A stretch of DNA of 59,487 nt from Candidatus Taylorbacteria bacterium RIFCSPHIGHO2_01_FULL_46_22b (GTDB lineage Bacteria; Patescibacteriota; Minisyncoccia; Phycocordibacterales; DSPV01). Shown here one piece after another: positions 25,407 to 34,520 of this stretch (position 1 is the stretch's first letter; each line of letters opens with the position of its first letter). The stretch covers positions 59,318 to 118,804 of the forward strand of contig MHRF01000007.1 of the NCBI GenBank assembly GCA_001820875.1. Reading direction: 5' to 3'. A program made the translations under genes and the position numbers. A model generated the notes under the pieces. The model saw only the letters and a list, made by a program, of their open reading frames with translations. It ran no database searches and had not been told where the DNA came from.

Positions 25407-25874
25407 TCATGAGTTCTTTCCTACAGAACTCATTGCATGCCCGATTGCGGTCTCAAGTTCTTGAGGGATATCCGTGCCTATACGGCACATTTTTCCATTT
25501 TTCATGATCAGTTCAACCGCATCAAAACCGGACACGTTATAAATCCACATATAGGGCCAGAACCATAGGCGTATGCCCCAACCGTAATACCAATGATTTT
25601 TTACCTGTTTTACCGAACCAATCTCGCTCACCAAAAAGCGTTTGCGAAAAATGCCGTAGCCAAATTTGATTGCCACATTTTGCTCGTCAACGCTTACCTT
25701 TAGTGTCCCAAAAGATGCAAGTATGAATACAACAAACACCATAACACCAATTGCAAAGTTGGGCATGTTTGTCTCCGCCGTTATGACTCCGTAAATCCAT
25801 ATGAAGAATGCCAGAGCAACGCACAGAACACCGAGCATGAGATACCCAATTTGAGTGTGTTTGTAGGGAATCAT
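25407..25874 (-). CDS. membrane protein with a C-terminal soluble domain
   Basis: 155 aa. Two N-terminal TM helices, then a beta-rich, Trp-rich domain. Confidence 0.55.
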   Translation of the reverse strand: MIPYKHTQIGYLMLGVLCVALAFFIWIYGVITAETNMPNFAIGVMVFVVFILASFGTLKVSVDEQNVAIKFGYGIFRKRFLVSEIGSVKQVKNHWYYGWGIRLWFWPYMWIYNVSGFDAVELIMKNGKMCRIGTDIPQELETAIGHAMSSVGKNS

Positions 25875-25941
25875 GTTTTCATTTTCTCATAATCCAGCAT
25901 CATTGGATAGTATTACGGATTACCTTATTCACCCTCTACGG

Positions 25942-26802
25942 CTAAAACTTAATCGCCTCGTAGTAGTTATTCCGATCATCGATTCTACTTTCTGATTTAA
26001 GAAGCGTAGGTAGATCACGGTGGTTGAAATTACTCCAGTTTATTTTGGCAAAAAGCGGTCGGGCAATTGAATACACGATGGCCGTCCCGTCTTTCACATT
26101 ACCGTATTGATCTTTAACCGGAAGTTGAGACCAGATAATAATGTCGCCAATGGTTGAATTGAGAGGAAAAATCGCTTGAGCTGTTTTTGTTGCCTCGTTA
26201 TGCATTGTTCCTTTCTGGAGATTGGTCGTGAGATTTTCGTCAGAGTTTATTTTTATGAGAACTCCGGTTACTGATTCTCCGCCCTTGTATCCATATTCAG
26301 TGAGCATAGACGGTTTATATGGATCAAGTATTACTTCAACTACCCTCGGCTTTTTGGTGTTGGTCTGCGAACCAAGCGATGTGTTAATGGTGCTCGTTAT
26401 TCTTTCTTCTAGAGTTTTAGGTTTCGCTGCCACTTGTTCTATCGGGGCAACAGTGGTTTGCGTGCTCTCAGATTCTTGGGCTTGTCCTGCTGAATTATTC
26501 GAGGCCACATCCTGACGTGGTTTTGTCTCCATCGTGGCTCCAGCGATAACCAAAAACAGAACCGCAATTCCAATTTTAATCGACCGTCCTATTTGTATTG
26601 GAATCTTACTCATCACAAACTGACGCGTTGGCTTGAGAATTACTAAAGCGGCGAGTAAGAGGAAGAGTCCGGGAATAAGGTCTGAGAACAGGGATACGAA
26701 GCCGGTGAGAGCCAATAGCACCCCAACGACCCAGCTGATAATTGTGAGGGATTTATTTTTGGTCTTACCCTCTAAAGACACATTTTCGTTTTCCATAAGC
26801 AA
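25942..26802 (-). CDS. membrane-anchored extracytoplasmic protein
   Basis: 286 aa. Three N-terminal TM helices, a low-complexity linker, then a globular C-terminal domain. Confidence 0.55.
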   Translation of the reverse strand: MLMENENVSLEGKTKNKSLTIISWVVGVLLALTGFVSLFSDLIPGLFLLLAALVILKPTRQFVMSKIPIQIGRSIKIGIAVLFLVIAGATMETKPRQDVASNNSAGQAQESESTQTTVAPIEQVAAKPKTLEERITSTINTSLGSQTNTKKPRVVEVILDPYKPSMLTEYGYKGGESVTGVLIKINSDENLTTNLQKGTMHNEATKTAQAIFPLNSTIGDIIIWSQLPVKDQYGNVKDGTAIVYSIARPLFAKINWSNFNHRDLPTLLKSESRIDDRNNYYEAIKF

Positions 26803-26896
26803 ATAAATTATCTTGATAATGACCCGTACCTTAGCTTCGATTCGGACCCTTGCGAAGCTCGAGTTACCAACAGCTCTTTTGTGAGGGAAATTGGGC

Positions 26897-27808
26897 TCAT
26901 TTATTGTAGGTATAGCTCTGTTTGATAAGGGACATTATTTTGGGAATGTCCTCCTCGCGTTCAAGCTTTACTTCATAGTCCCCATTGCCCCAGTGGCCGA
27001 TTGGCTTCGGTTTCGTGAGGTCGCGAGCGATAGTATCCGGATCATCAAGCTCGCCGCTTGGGATATTGAGAAAAATCTTGAGGGCATCACGAAGTATCAC
27101 CACATCGCAGAAATTGGTGGTTAGTTTATACGCAATATACTTCGCTTTTGCTTCCTCAATAATCGATTCATCAAGAGCGGAGATCTGCTCCTTGAGCATG
27201 GAGAATATTTCTTGCAATTTTGGACTCGCAGATTTGAGATGATCGGCAACGGTATAGTGAATATGATCCTTGAATTCTCGCTTCTGTTTTTCTCCTCGCT
27301 CAAATACTTCTGAGGTAGAGATTTTCACCTTTCGTTGAACCTCCGGCTCAACAAGTAAAATATTGTTCTCGTATAGCTGGTAGCGCAGGAGCTCAATGTT
27401 CATCGGCAAAAGGTCTGCGGTATCGAGATCGAATTTGTTGTAGCTTTCGGCAACGCAGATCACTCGCGGCGAGGCCCAATCAATATCGGCATCGATATTC
27501 ATCTTGCGGACAAGTGCTTCAAAATCAGCTTTATGATCCAAGAGCCAGCGAAGATATGAGAGTCCTTGGTTGATGACACTGTCATTCTGTCCCTTCTTGT
27601 ATTCGATGATTACCGGCGAGCCGTTGTTATCGATTCCGAGGCTGTCGATTCTTCCACCAAAGCTCGTGGAATATTCGGTGGCTAAAAATTTGATATTCAA
27701 AATCTCCTCTAAGTTTTTCTCAAAGAGTTTCTGTACGTCTTTTTCAAGACCCACTTTGACAGGGGGTATCTTTTTTGCGGTCTCGTTTTTGGTAAAAAAT
27801 ATAGCCAT
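26897..27808 (-). CDS. PD-(D/E)xK nuclease-like (NucS/DUF91-type core) protein with a DUF5655-like C-terminus
   Basis: GRIDSLGIDNNGSPVIIEYKKG matches the D...(D/E)xK core of the NucS/DUF91 family. The C-terminal half resembles DUF5655. Confidence 0.65.
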   Translation of the reverse strand: MAIFFTKNETAKKIPPVKVGLEKDVQKLFEKNLEEILNIKFLATEYSTSFGGRIDSLGIDNNGSPVIIEYKKGQNDSVINQGLSYLRWLLDHKADFEALVRKMNIDADIDWASPRVICVAESYNKFDLDTADLLPMNIELLRYQLYENNILLVEPEVQRKVKISTSEVFERGEKQKREFKDHIHYTVADHLKSASPKLQEIFSMLKEQISALDESIIEEAKAKYIAYKLTTNFCDVVILRDALKIFLNIPSGELDDPDTIARDLTKPKPIGHWGNGDYEVKLEREEDIPKIMSLIKQSYTYNK

Positions 27809-27892
27809 GAGTATTCATGGCGCGGGGCTTTTCAGGCAACACTAAGCCCCACGCTAGCTTCAGGCCTTGCGGCCCCATACCAGTTTCCCGAT

Positions 27893-27953
27893 ATGGCCCT
27901 TGGAAGAGTCGCTGAACGTGGGGTTCAGTATCTTCCAAGGGTCTTTGGGCCAT
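27893..27953. repeat. 61-bp nested imperfect palindrome upstream of the serine recombinase gene
   Basis: ATGGCCC/GGGCCAT on the outside, CCTTGGAAGA/TCTTCCAAGG in the middle and CTGAAC/GTTCAG inside. Confidence 0.6.
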
Positions 27954-28135
27954 GCCCGCCGGATACATCCAGACAAGTTTAGGCCACTCCTATTCAGTTG
28001 TACTTCATTAGAATATCAAAATTTTCTTCACAAAACAATGATTCCGGAGGGCTGTGTAAGGATAAAAGTTACCAACTTCTTACCTACTCGGGACGCTCTG
28101 GACTCCTGGGGAGGGTTGCGTCATTCCTTAGGTGT

Positions 28136-29467
28136 ATGAAGATAAAAAATCCAACACAAGGGGAAGATTATGAGAAACCAAGGGTCGAGCCAAAGAAAAT
28201 CAGATACTGCCTGTATGCAAGAAAATCGACAGAATCTGAGGAACGCCAAGTCCTCTCAATTGATAGCCAGATAAAGGAGATGCTTCAACTGGCAGATCGA
28301 GAAGGTCTTGAGGTAGTAACAATGAAGCGTGAATCGCACTCGGCCAAGGAGACTGGGCAACGTCCAATTTTTAACGAGATTATCGAAGAACTCAAGCAGG
28401 AGAAATTCAACGCCATACTGACATGGGCACCGGATCGTATCAGCAGAAATGCGGGCGACCTCGGAAAGATCGTGGATTTAATGGATGCAGGGAAACTGCA
28501 CATGATACGAACTTTTGGGCAGACATTCGGAAACAATCCGAATGAGAAATTCCTTCTGATGATTTTAGGTAGCCAAGCAAAACTGGAAAATGACAATAGG
28601 GGAATAAATGTAAAACGAGGATTGCGAACAAGAGTTGAAATGGGACTATGGCCTGGAATGGCACCGCTCGGATATCTCAATCAGAAACTGATGGACCGTA
28701 AATGTCAGATAATTATTGACCCGGAGCGTGCACCGATTATCAAGAAAATGTTTGAGAAAGTTGCGTACGAAGGATGGAGTGGAAGAAAAGTATACAACTG
28801 GCTCAGATTTGATCTGAACTTCTACACCCGAGGAAATAAACCTCTGACTCTATCGGGTGTGTACCGTATATTTGATATGCCTATCTACTACGGACCATTC
28901 GAGTATCCAAGAAAATCTGATAATTGGTATCAAGGGACACATGAACCCATCATTACCAAAGAACTTTACGAAAAAGCACAGGAGCATCTCAAGAGAGATA
29001 AGATAGTGCGAGAAAATAGAGAGTTTGCATTCACTAAATTATTTACCTGCGGTATGTGCCAGTCAGGGATAACAGCACAAGAAAAATACAAAGAGCTTAA
29101 AGACGGCACAACCGCGAAATATGTTTACTACTCCTGCTCAAAAGCGAAAGATAGAAATTGTCCGAACAAATATATTCGGGAGGAAGAACTAATCGAGGAA
29201 TTGTTCAAAGTAATAGACAAGGTAGACATCAACGAGCTTGGAATGAGAATGAAGCTTGAAGAAGAAATAAAAAGATTTAACAGACTTCAAAGACTGTCGA
29301 CCAAGGGGACACCTAAATACAGCATCAACGAAGATGACGTAAACACGAGAGAGTACGCCAAGTATGTGTTGCGCGAGGGCACACCACTTGAAAAGCGAGA
29401 ATTGATGGGACACTTACGATCGAGGCTTGTCCTGAACGACAAAAAGATTACTTTGTTGAAGGAATAA
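28136..29467 (+). CDS. large serine recombinase
   Basis: Resolvase-type N-terminus (CLYARKSTESEERQ...DRISRN), a recombinase domain and the zinc ribbon CGMC...YYSCS. A C-terminal coiled coil follows. The start was set at MKIKNPT. Confidence 0.9.
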   Translation: MKIKNPTQGEDYEKPRVEPKKIRYCLYARKSTESEERQVLSIDSQIKEMLQLADREGLEVVTMKRESHSAKETGQRPIFNEIIEELKQEKFNAILTWAPDRISRNAGDLGKIVDLMDAGKLHMIRTFGQTFGNNPNEKFLLMILGSQAKLENDNRGINVKRGLRTRVEMGLWPGMAPLGYLNQKLMDRKCQIIIDPERAPIIKKMFEKVAYEGWSGRKVYNWLRFDLNFYTRGNKPLTLSGVYRIFDMPIYYGPFEYPRKSDNWYQGTHEPIITKELYEKAQEHLKRDKIVRENREFAFTKLFTCGMCQSGITAQEKYKELKDGTTAKYVYYSCSKAKDRNCPNKYIREEELIEELFKVIDKVDINELGMRMKLEEEIKRFNRLQRLSTKGTPKYSINEDDVNTREYAKYVLREGTPLEKRELMGHLRSRLVLNDKKITLLKE

Positions 29468-29549
29468 TTAGTGCCGCAAGAGTGCAATGTCATTTTCGGA
29501 GCCATTCTACTTACTCAAAGAGTCGAATTTTTGCTAAAATAAAGAAATC

Positions 29550-30080
29550 ATGAACATCTATATTCTCGTCGGAATTATCATCGCAGTAGCAATCGTACTT
29601 GCAATCCTCAAGGCGGTTGTTGAAGGTGATAGCGACGAACATGAGAAGCCGAAGTATCGCTATGCCCGTAAACAGTTCTTCCTCACCCGAGCCGAGCATG
29701 AGTTCTACGATGTCCTCATTGCCGCCGTTGGCGATAAGTACTATGTCTTCGCACAGGTGCATCTTCCAACGATTCTCGACAACAAAGTGAAAGGACAAGA
29801 CTGGCGTGCCGCACTCGCGCACATCAATCGCAAGTCTGTTGACTTCGTCCTCTGTGACAAAACGTACATTTCGCCCAAGCTCGCCATTGAGCTGGACGAT
29901 AAGAGCCACGAACGACCCGACCGACAAGAGCGAGACAAGGAAGTTGAGCGCATTCTGGCTGATGCAGGCGTGCAACTGCTCCGCATAGAGAACAAGGGTC
30001 ACTTTGATCCTGCTGAACTAGCCCAGCGCATAAACGAATATGAGCAACGAAATCAAGTCACATCTACTGATAGGCAATAA
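29550..30080 (+). CDS. DUF2726-like (PD-(D/E)xK/NERD-like) membrane-anchored nuclease-family protein
   Basis: N-terminal TM helix. LTRAEHEFY...VFAQV...SVDFVLCD......AIELDD.SH...R..RD matches the DUF2726 pattern. Confidence 0.7.
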   Translation: MNIYILVGIIIAVAIVLAILKAVVEGDSDEHEKPKYRYARKQFFLTRAEHEFYDVLIAAVGDKYYVFAQVHLPTILDNKVKGQDWRAALAHINRKSVDFVLCDKTYISPKLAIELDDKSHERPDRQERDKEVERILADAGVQLLRIENKGHFDPAELAQRINEYEQRNQVTSTDRQ

Positions 30081-30630
30081 ATACCTCGGTTCGCTCCTGT
30101 ACTTCAAGGACGCGCAGGGACGCGGCTGTCTCAAACTCTCTTTCAAGAACATGGTAGCCGATCTGACGAAAGGCACGGACGTGCCGACCATGTTGCCTGT
30201 GCCTATCAAGCGCACCGACCCGACAACCCTCGACATCTCGTACAAGTTCCCAGACAACCTGCTCGAAGTGAAAGAGATTGTGAACGGCAAGACGGAACGA
30301 GCATTTTACAAAGTACCCCTACCTGTCTCAGGTATGCTCTTTATGATTCGCATAAAGGACTGGCAGACGCTCGACAACGACCAGCCGAAGCCAAACCCGC
30401 TTGTGCTTACGCCGCCGACCAACACGAACAATGTTGTTATTATCTTTTCCTTTCTCGGGGAGAATGGTCTGCCGTTTACAGCAGGAGGATATCAACCAAC
30501 GGAAGGGATGGGTACGATAGACCTACCGGAAAATCCGCTTAATACGTTCTGCATTGGTCTTGCCGAGGATCCGAACAACAACACCGCGAATGGCTTTGAG
30601 CTAGTGGTTCCGTTACCGAAGGCAAATTAA
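30040..30630 (+). CDS. hypothetical protein overlapping the DUF2726-like gene
   Basis: 196-aa ORF. It overlaps the upstream gene by 41 nt, and a terminator follows. No family recognised. Confidence 0.5.
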   Translation: MSNEIKSHLLIGNKYLGSLLYFKDAQGRGCLKLSFKNMVADLTKGTDVPTMLPVPIKRTDPTTLDISYKFPDNLLEVKEIVNGKTERAFYKVPLPVSGMLFMIRIKDWQTLDNDQPKPNPLVLTPPTNTNNVVIIFSFLGENGLPFTAGGYQPTEGMGTIDLPENPLNTFCIGLAEDPNNNTANGFELVVPLPKAN

Positions 30631-30640
30631 GTAGCAAAAG

Positions 30641-30667
30641 AAAAAGAGCGATTGTTCGCTCTTTTTC
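30641..30667. terminator. bidirectional intrinsic terminator
   Basis: AAAAAGAGCGA-TTGT-TCGCTCTTTTTC. Confidence 0.7.
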
Positions 30668-30740
30668 TTACAACTGTAGCTTTGTGGGTCACAGCTCGGC
30701 ATCGAGCATATGGGACAACAAAACTAACAGGTTGTCAATG

Positions 30741-30827
30741 CGGAGAGGGTGGGATTCGAACCCACGAGAGGATTGCTCCCCTAACACCTTAGCACGGTGC
30801 CGCTTTCGGCCACTCAGCCACCTCTCC
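30741..30827 (-). tRNA. tRNA-Ser, anticodon GCU
   Basis: Folded by hand: acceptor GGAGAGG/CCTCTCC, a long variable arm, anticodon loop GTGCTAA, T-arm GTGGG-TTCGAAT-CCCAC, discriminator G. 87 nt. Confidence 0.9.
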
Positions 30828-30950
30828 ATGTAAACTTGCTCACGCACGTATTTTTCAAACGAGGCTTCGCCCCCTCGGGCTTCCCTAGAATCAGCCTCTC
30901 CAGTGGCATTTACCTTATCACAATTTCTTTTTCATTTCTACCAAATTTTT

Positions 30951-31604
30951 TCAATGTGCAAGTGTCAGGCCAGTCACTTTTTTCGCGCCGGCTGCCAAGA
31001 GGACCTTTCGGATTTCCTGAACGGTGCTTCCGGTTGTAGTAACGTCATCAAGTATGATGAGAGTTTTCCCAGTAACGAGAGATGAGTCAATCACTTCAAA
31101 CGCATCACGCAGATTCTTTTCCCGTTCCGCACGATTTTTTATGCTTGTTTGTACCTTTGTTTCTCGTACACGTTTGACTGCGCATATCACAGAGAAATTT
31201 TTCCTCCCATCAAGTTTCTCCATTTCATCCGCCAAACGCTCTGTTTGGTTGAAACCTCGTTCCCGATTACGTCCGAGCGATAGGGGAACGGGAACAATAA
31301 TAGGTTGATCAGTGTTCGAAAAAAGATGTGTATCCGACAAATCTGCGATTAAATGATCATACAAGAGAGTTGCGGCAAGTTTAGTCAACTGCAAATTTCC
31401 TCTGAATTTTATTTCCCAGACCAATTGTTTCATCAGCGGATCACGGTAGTCAAAAAGGGACTCGGTATTGGGCAACTGTCTCTGTGTCCGCCGTGCTCGG
31501 TGTACAATTTCGGATGTGTCTAGGTGCATGAGCTCACGCGCCATTCCCGATTGCGGGAGGAGAAGATTGAGGAATGCTTCCCATAGTTTCTTTAGTGCAA
31601 ACAT
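30951..31604 (-). CDS. comFC: ComF family phosphoribosyltransferase-like competence protein
   Basis: PRTase motif LIILDDVTTTGST. ComF-like middle region. The start was set at MFALKKLW to avoid overlapping pilM. The N-terminal zinc-finger cysteines are absent. Confidence 0.75.
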   Translation of the reverse strand: MFALKKLWEAFLNLLLPQSGMARELMHLDTSEIVHRARRTQRQLPNTESLFDYRDPLMKQLVWEIKFRGNLQLTKLAATLLYDHLIADLSDTHLFSNTDQPIIVPVPLSLGRNRERGFNQTERLADEMEKLDGRKNFSVICAVKRVRETKVQTSIKNRAEREKNLRDAFEVIDSSLVTGKTLIILDDVTTTGSTVQEIRKVLLAAGAKKVTGLTLAH

Positions 31605-31655
31605 GTGTGGCTGAATAGAAAGACCGTCAATGCTATAATTATACACATATAACAT

Positions 31656-32822
31656 ATGCAAAATCCGTTCAAGGACATTATGCGTCTCTTTCAGGGCGGC
31701 GGGGGAAGTGCACTCGGAATTGATTTCGGGTCTTCGGCCGTGAAGGTGGTGCAGTTACGCAAGACGCACGGACATGCGGTACTTGAAACGTATGGAGAAC
31801 TAGCTGTTGGCCCCTATGGCAATGCCGAAATCGGACAATCGGTACGTCTTTCTGTTGCCCGCATGTCAGAAGCACTGACGGACGTACTGCGCGAATCGAA
31901 GGTGAGCGGTCGCGATTGCGGTGTTGCAATTCCGATTTCTTCAAGTCTAGTTACTACCATTGAGATGCCTTTGGTGGATGACAAGCAGTTTGCACAGATG
32001 GTTCCGATTGAAGCCAGAAAATATATTCCAGTCCCTATTTCAGAAGTTGCACTTGATTGGTGGGTGATTCCAAAAGAAAACGGGGAAGTGACCTATCCAC
32101 TTGCAGGAGAAGCAACCGCGGGAGCTCCGGCAGGGACGCCGGCGTCTGAAGCAGGAAAAGATCTCAAGTCAGGGCGCTTGGTAGACGTTTTGCTTGCAGT
32201 GATACACAATGACGCAATCAGCAACTATCAGAGCTTGGTTAAATCAGCTGGACTCACCTCGACCTTCTACGAAGTAGAGATTTTCAGCACGTTGCGCGCC
32301 TCGCTTTCACAGGAGACGAAACCCGTTATGATTCTTGATATGGGAGCGGCGACGACGAAACTCTATATTGTAGATCGCGGTATTGTGAAAAGTTCGCATA
32401 TGGTGAATCGGGGATCGCAAGACATCACGATGTCGATATCGCGCGCACTCAATATATCTGTCAAAGAGGCGGAGTTGTTGAAACGTAATGTGGGGTTAGA
32501 TATGGCAAGCGGGCGTAAGGATATTTACGATATCGCTTCAACCACCCTTTCCTACATTCTTTCGGAAGCAAATCGAGTCGTTTTCAATTATGAAAAACGC
32601 ACCGGACAGAGTTTAAGCCGGATTATTTTGACCGGAGGAGGGGTGTTGTTGAAAGAATTTTATGGATTTGCTCAGCGGTTTTTTGAGACAGAAGCGGTTA
32701 TGGCGGATCCATTTGCGAAAGTCGAGTCTCCGGCATTTTTGGACAACATTTTAAAGCGTGCTGGTCCTGAATTTGCCGTTGCAATTGGGCTGGCGCTCCG
32801 GAAACTCCAAGAATTGCCCTAA
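31656..32822 (+). CDS. pilM: type IV pilus assembly protein PilM
   Basis: Actin-like ATPase fold signature GIDFGSSAVKVVQL. Correct length and first position in the pil cluster. Confidence 0.85.
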   Translation: MQNPFKDIMRLFQGGGGSALGIDFGSSAVKVVQLRKTHGHAVLETYGELAVGPYGNAEIGQSVRLSVARMSEALTDVLRESKVSGRDCGVAIPISSSLVTTIEMPLVDDKQFAQMVPIEARKYIPVPISEVALDWWVIPKENGEVTYPLAGEATAGAPAGTPASEAGKDLKSGRLVDVLLAVIHNDAISNYQSLVKSAGLTSTFYEVEIFSTLRASLSQETKPVMILDMGAATTKLYIVDRGIVKSSHMVNRGSQDITMSISRALNISVKEAELLKRNVGLDMASGRKDIYDIASTTLSYILSEANRVVFNYEKRTGQSLSRIILTGGGVLLKEFYGFAQRFFETEAVMADPFAKVESPAFLDNILKRAGPEFAVAIGLALRKLQELP

Positions 32823-32918
32823 TTTGAGGTTACAGAACCCGTTTGTCCTCACTTTTTCGGCTTTTCTCATGGCGTTTTACCGCTTTCACGTTGTATAATG
32901 GAGAGGAACTAAGCGCTT

Positions 32919-33503
32919 ATGGACGCCAAATTTCAACCTTCATTTATTCCCAAACAGCCTGTTTCTGTCCCCACGCAAACACGGGTGGGATACATCAGTC
33001 TTTTATTTGTTGTGGGACTCATTGTCTTTATTCTGACCATTGGATTGATTGCCGCTGAACTGATTGCAGAAAAGGTGTTGAGTCGTGATATTGCCAATCT
33101 CAATCGTAGTCTTGTTGAAGCTAAGAGTTCGCTTGAACTTTCGACCATTGATGAGCTTAAGAAAACAGCAAGCCGCACAGGACTTGCAATGACGCTTATA
33201 ACAGCACACATTGCTCCATCAAAACTACTTGAAGCGATTGAGCAGTCGGTTTTTGCAAATGTTTCGTTGAGCGGACTTTCTCTTGCACAATCTGAATCAG
33301 GAGGATATCAATTGAATACTACCGGTGTGGCAGGAAGTTATAACTCATTGCAATTGCAATCTGAATTTCTCTCTACTGCACCGTTTCTCTCTAATCCCGC
33401 TTTCTCAAATTTTAAACTTGATCCTTCTGGGCGAGTCTCGTTTTCCTTTTCTGCTGAAGTATCACCCAAACTTGTGAATTACTCGACATATGTGAGCAAT
33501 TAA
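32919..33503 (+). CDS. pilN: PilN-like pilus assembly protein
   Basis: A single TM helix followed by a coiled coil, and the position after pilM. Sequence similarity is weak. Confidence 0.55.
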   Translation: MDAKFQPSFIPKQPVSVPTQTRVGYISLLFVVGLIVFILTIGLIAAELIAEKVLSRDIANLNRSLVEAKSSLELSTIDELKKTASRTGLAMTLITAHIAPSKLLEAIEQSVFANVSLSGLSLAQSESGGYQLNTTGVAGSYNSLQLQSEFLSTAPFLSNPAFSNFKLDPSGRVSFSFSAEVSPKLVNYSTYVSN

Positions 33504-33506
33504 CTT

Positions 33507-34178
33507 ATGTCTTTTTACGGAAGAAATTTGTTGCCAGTTCTTATGATCATTGTTTCGGTGCTTGCTTTCTTTTTATTTCTTCGTCCGCACTATGCGACTA
33601 TCAAAGATCTTCAAGCTGAAAAACAAGAATATGAGCGAGCGGTGAACAACGCAAATGAAGCGCGGGCGCTTCGGAGCAGGTTGTTGGCAACCCGAGATTC
33701 ATTTTCGCCTGAAGATTGGAAAAAACTTGAGATATTACTGCCGGCTAAGGCGGATGGGGTAGGTCTGGCACGTATGGTAAGCAGTGTCGCGTCTATTTTT
33801 GGTATTTCAGTCGACAGTTTCAGTTTCAGTGAGGGAGGAGCTTCATCTGGTGCCGCAGCGTCTGTCCCTGCAGTGACACCGACCAGTTCCGGTTTTGGCA
33901 CTTCGCCTGAAGGAGGTTCAAGCTCTGCGGCTCCCATCTCATTTACTGATATAGAGAAGCAGACTATGAATCTCAAAGTTACTTTCAAAGCGCGCTATCA
34001 GGATTTCACCAGCTTTGTCCGAGCACTCGAGAAAAGTTTGACGCTCCTTGATATTACCGACCTCTCTATTATGGGGAATGCGCCGACAGGTGGTACTAGT
34101 GGAGGAAGTAACAAGACGGTTCCGTCAAACGGAGTATACAACTTCAATCTTGGCATCGATACATATTGGATTCAATAG
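33507..34178 (+). CDS. pilO: PilO-like pilus assembly protein
   Basis: N-terminal TM helix, a coiled coil and a C-terminal alpha/beta domain. The call rests on position. Confidence 0.5.
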   Translation: MSFYGRNLLPVLMIIVSVLAFFLFLRPHYATIKDLQAEKQEYERAVNNANEARALRSRLLATRDSFSPEDWKKLEILLPAKADGVGLARMVSSVASIFGISVDSFSFSEGGASSGAAASVPAVTPTSSGFGTSPEGGSSSAAPISFTDIEKQTMNLKVTFKARYQDFTSFVRALEKSLTLLDITDLSIMGNAPTGGTSGGSNKTVPSNGVYNFNLGIDTYWIQ

Positions 34179-34180
34179 AT

Positions 34181-34516
34181 ATGGAATTTATAAAGAAAAA
34201 TAAGAATATTCTTTTGGGAGCCGCAATACTCATTCTCGTATTTACGGGGTATGGAATGTGGAGCAGAAACAGTTCCTCAAATGATTCAAGTTCGGGTCTT
34301 ACATTCACCGATAGCCCGATTGCCGTTGATACGGTAGGCGGACAAGAAATTCTCAATGTGTTGAATCAGCTTCGACATCTTTCAATTGACAGCAGTATTT
34401 TTGAAAGCCCTGCTTTTTTGAGTTTGATGGACTATACCGTGGCGACCAGTTCAGAACCTCTTGGTCGTCCCGATCCGTTTGCTCCATTACCAGCAACCTC
34501 TACAAAGACACAATAA
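34181..34516 (+). CDS. small membrane-anchored protein in the pilus cluster
   Basis: The ATG at 34181 lies just after the pilO-like stop. One TM helix. The ORF may start earlier, at TTG 34166. Confidence 0.45.
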   Translation: MEFIKKNKNILLGAAILILVFTGYGMWSRNSSSNDSSSGLTFTDSPIAVDTVGGQEILNVLNQLRHLSIDSSIFESPAFLSLMDYTVATSSEPLGRPDPFAPLPATSTKTQ

Positions 34517-34520
34517 TTCC

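Larger units (their letters stand above)
12812..30740. mobile_element. candidate composite genomic island next to tRNA-Ser
   Basis: Bounded by tRNA-Ser (30741) and the displaced inverted copy of its 3' end (12769-12811). It contains a phage remnant, a large serine recombinase and defence-type genes. Spot counts show higher G+C in its left part. The boundaries are not proven. Confidence 0.4.

Noticed and set aside
27914-27928. GAAC...GTTC motifs at 27914-27928 (N5 spacing) and 3563-3576 (N6 spacing) as extra SOS boxes
   Set aside because: The spacing differs from the GAAC-N4-GTTC consensus, and both are stems of larger hairpins (a palindrome and a terminator).
12857-28093. Shared 9-mer CTACTCGGG at about 12857 and about 28085 as island att core sites
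   Set aside because: The match is too short and has no flanking similarity. A chance match is plausible in 59 kb.
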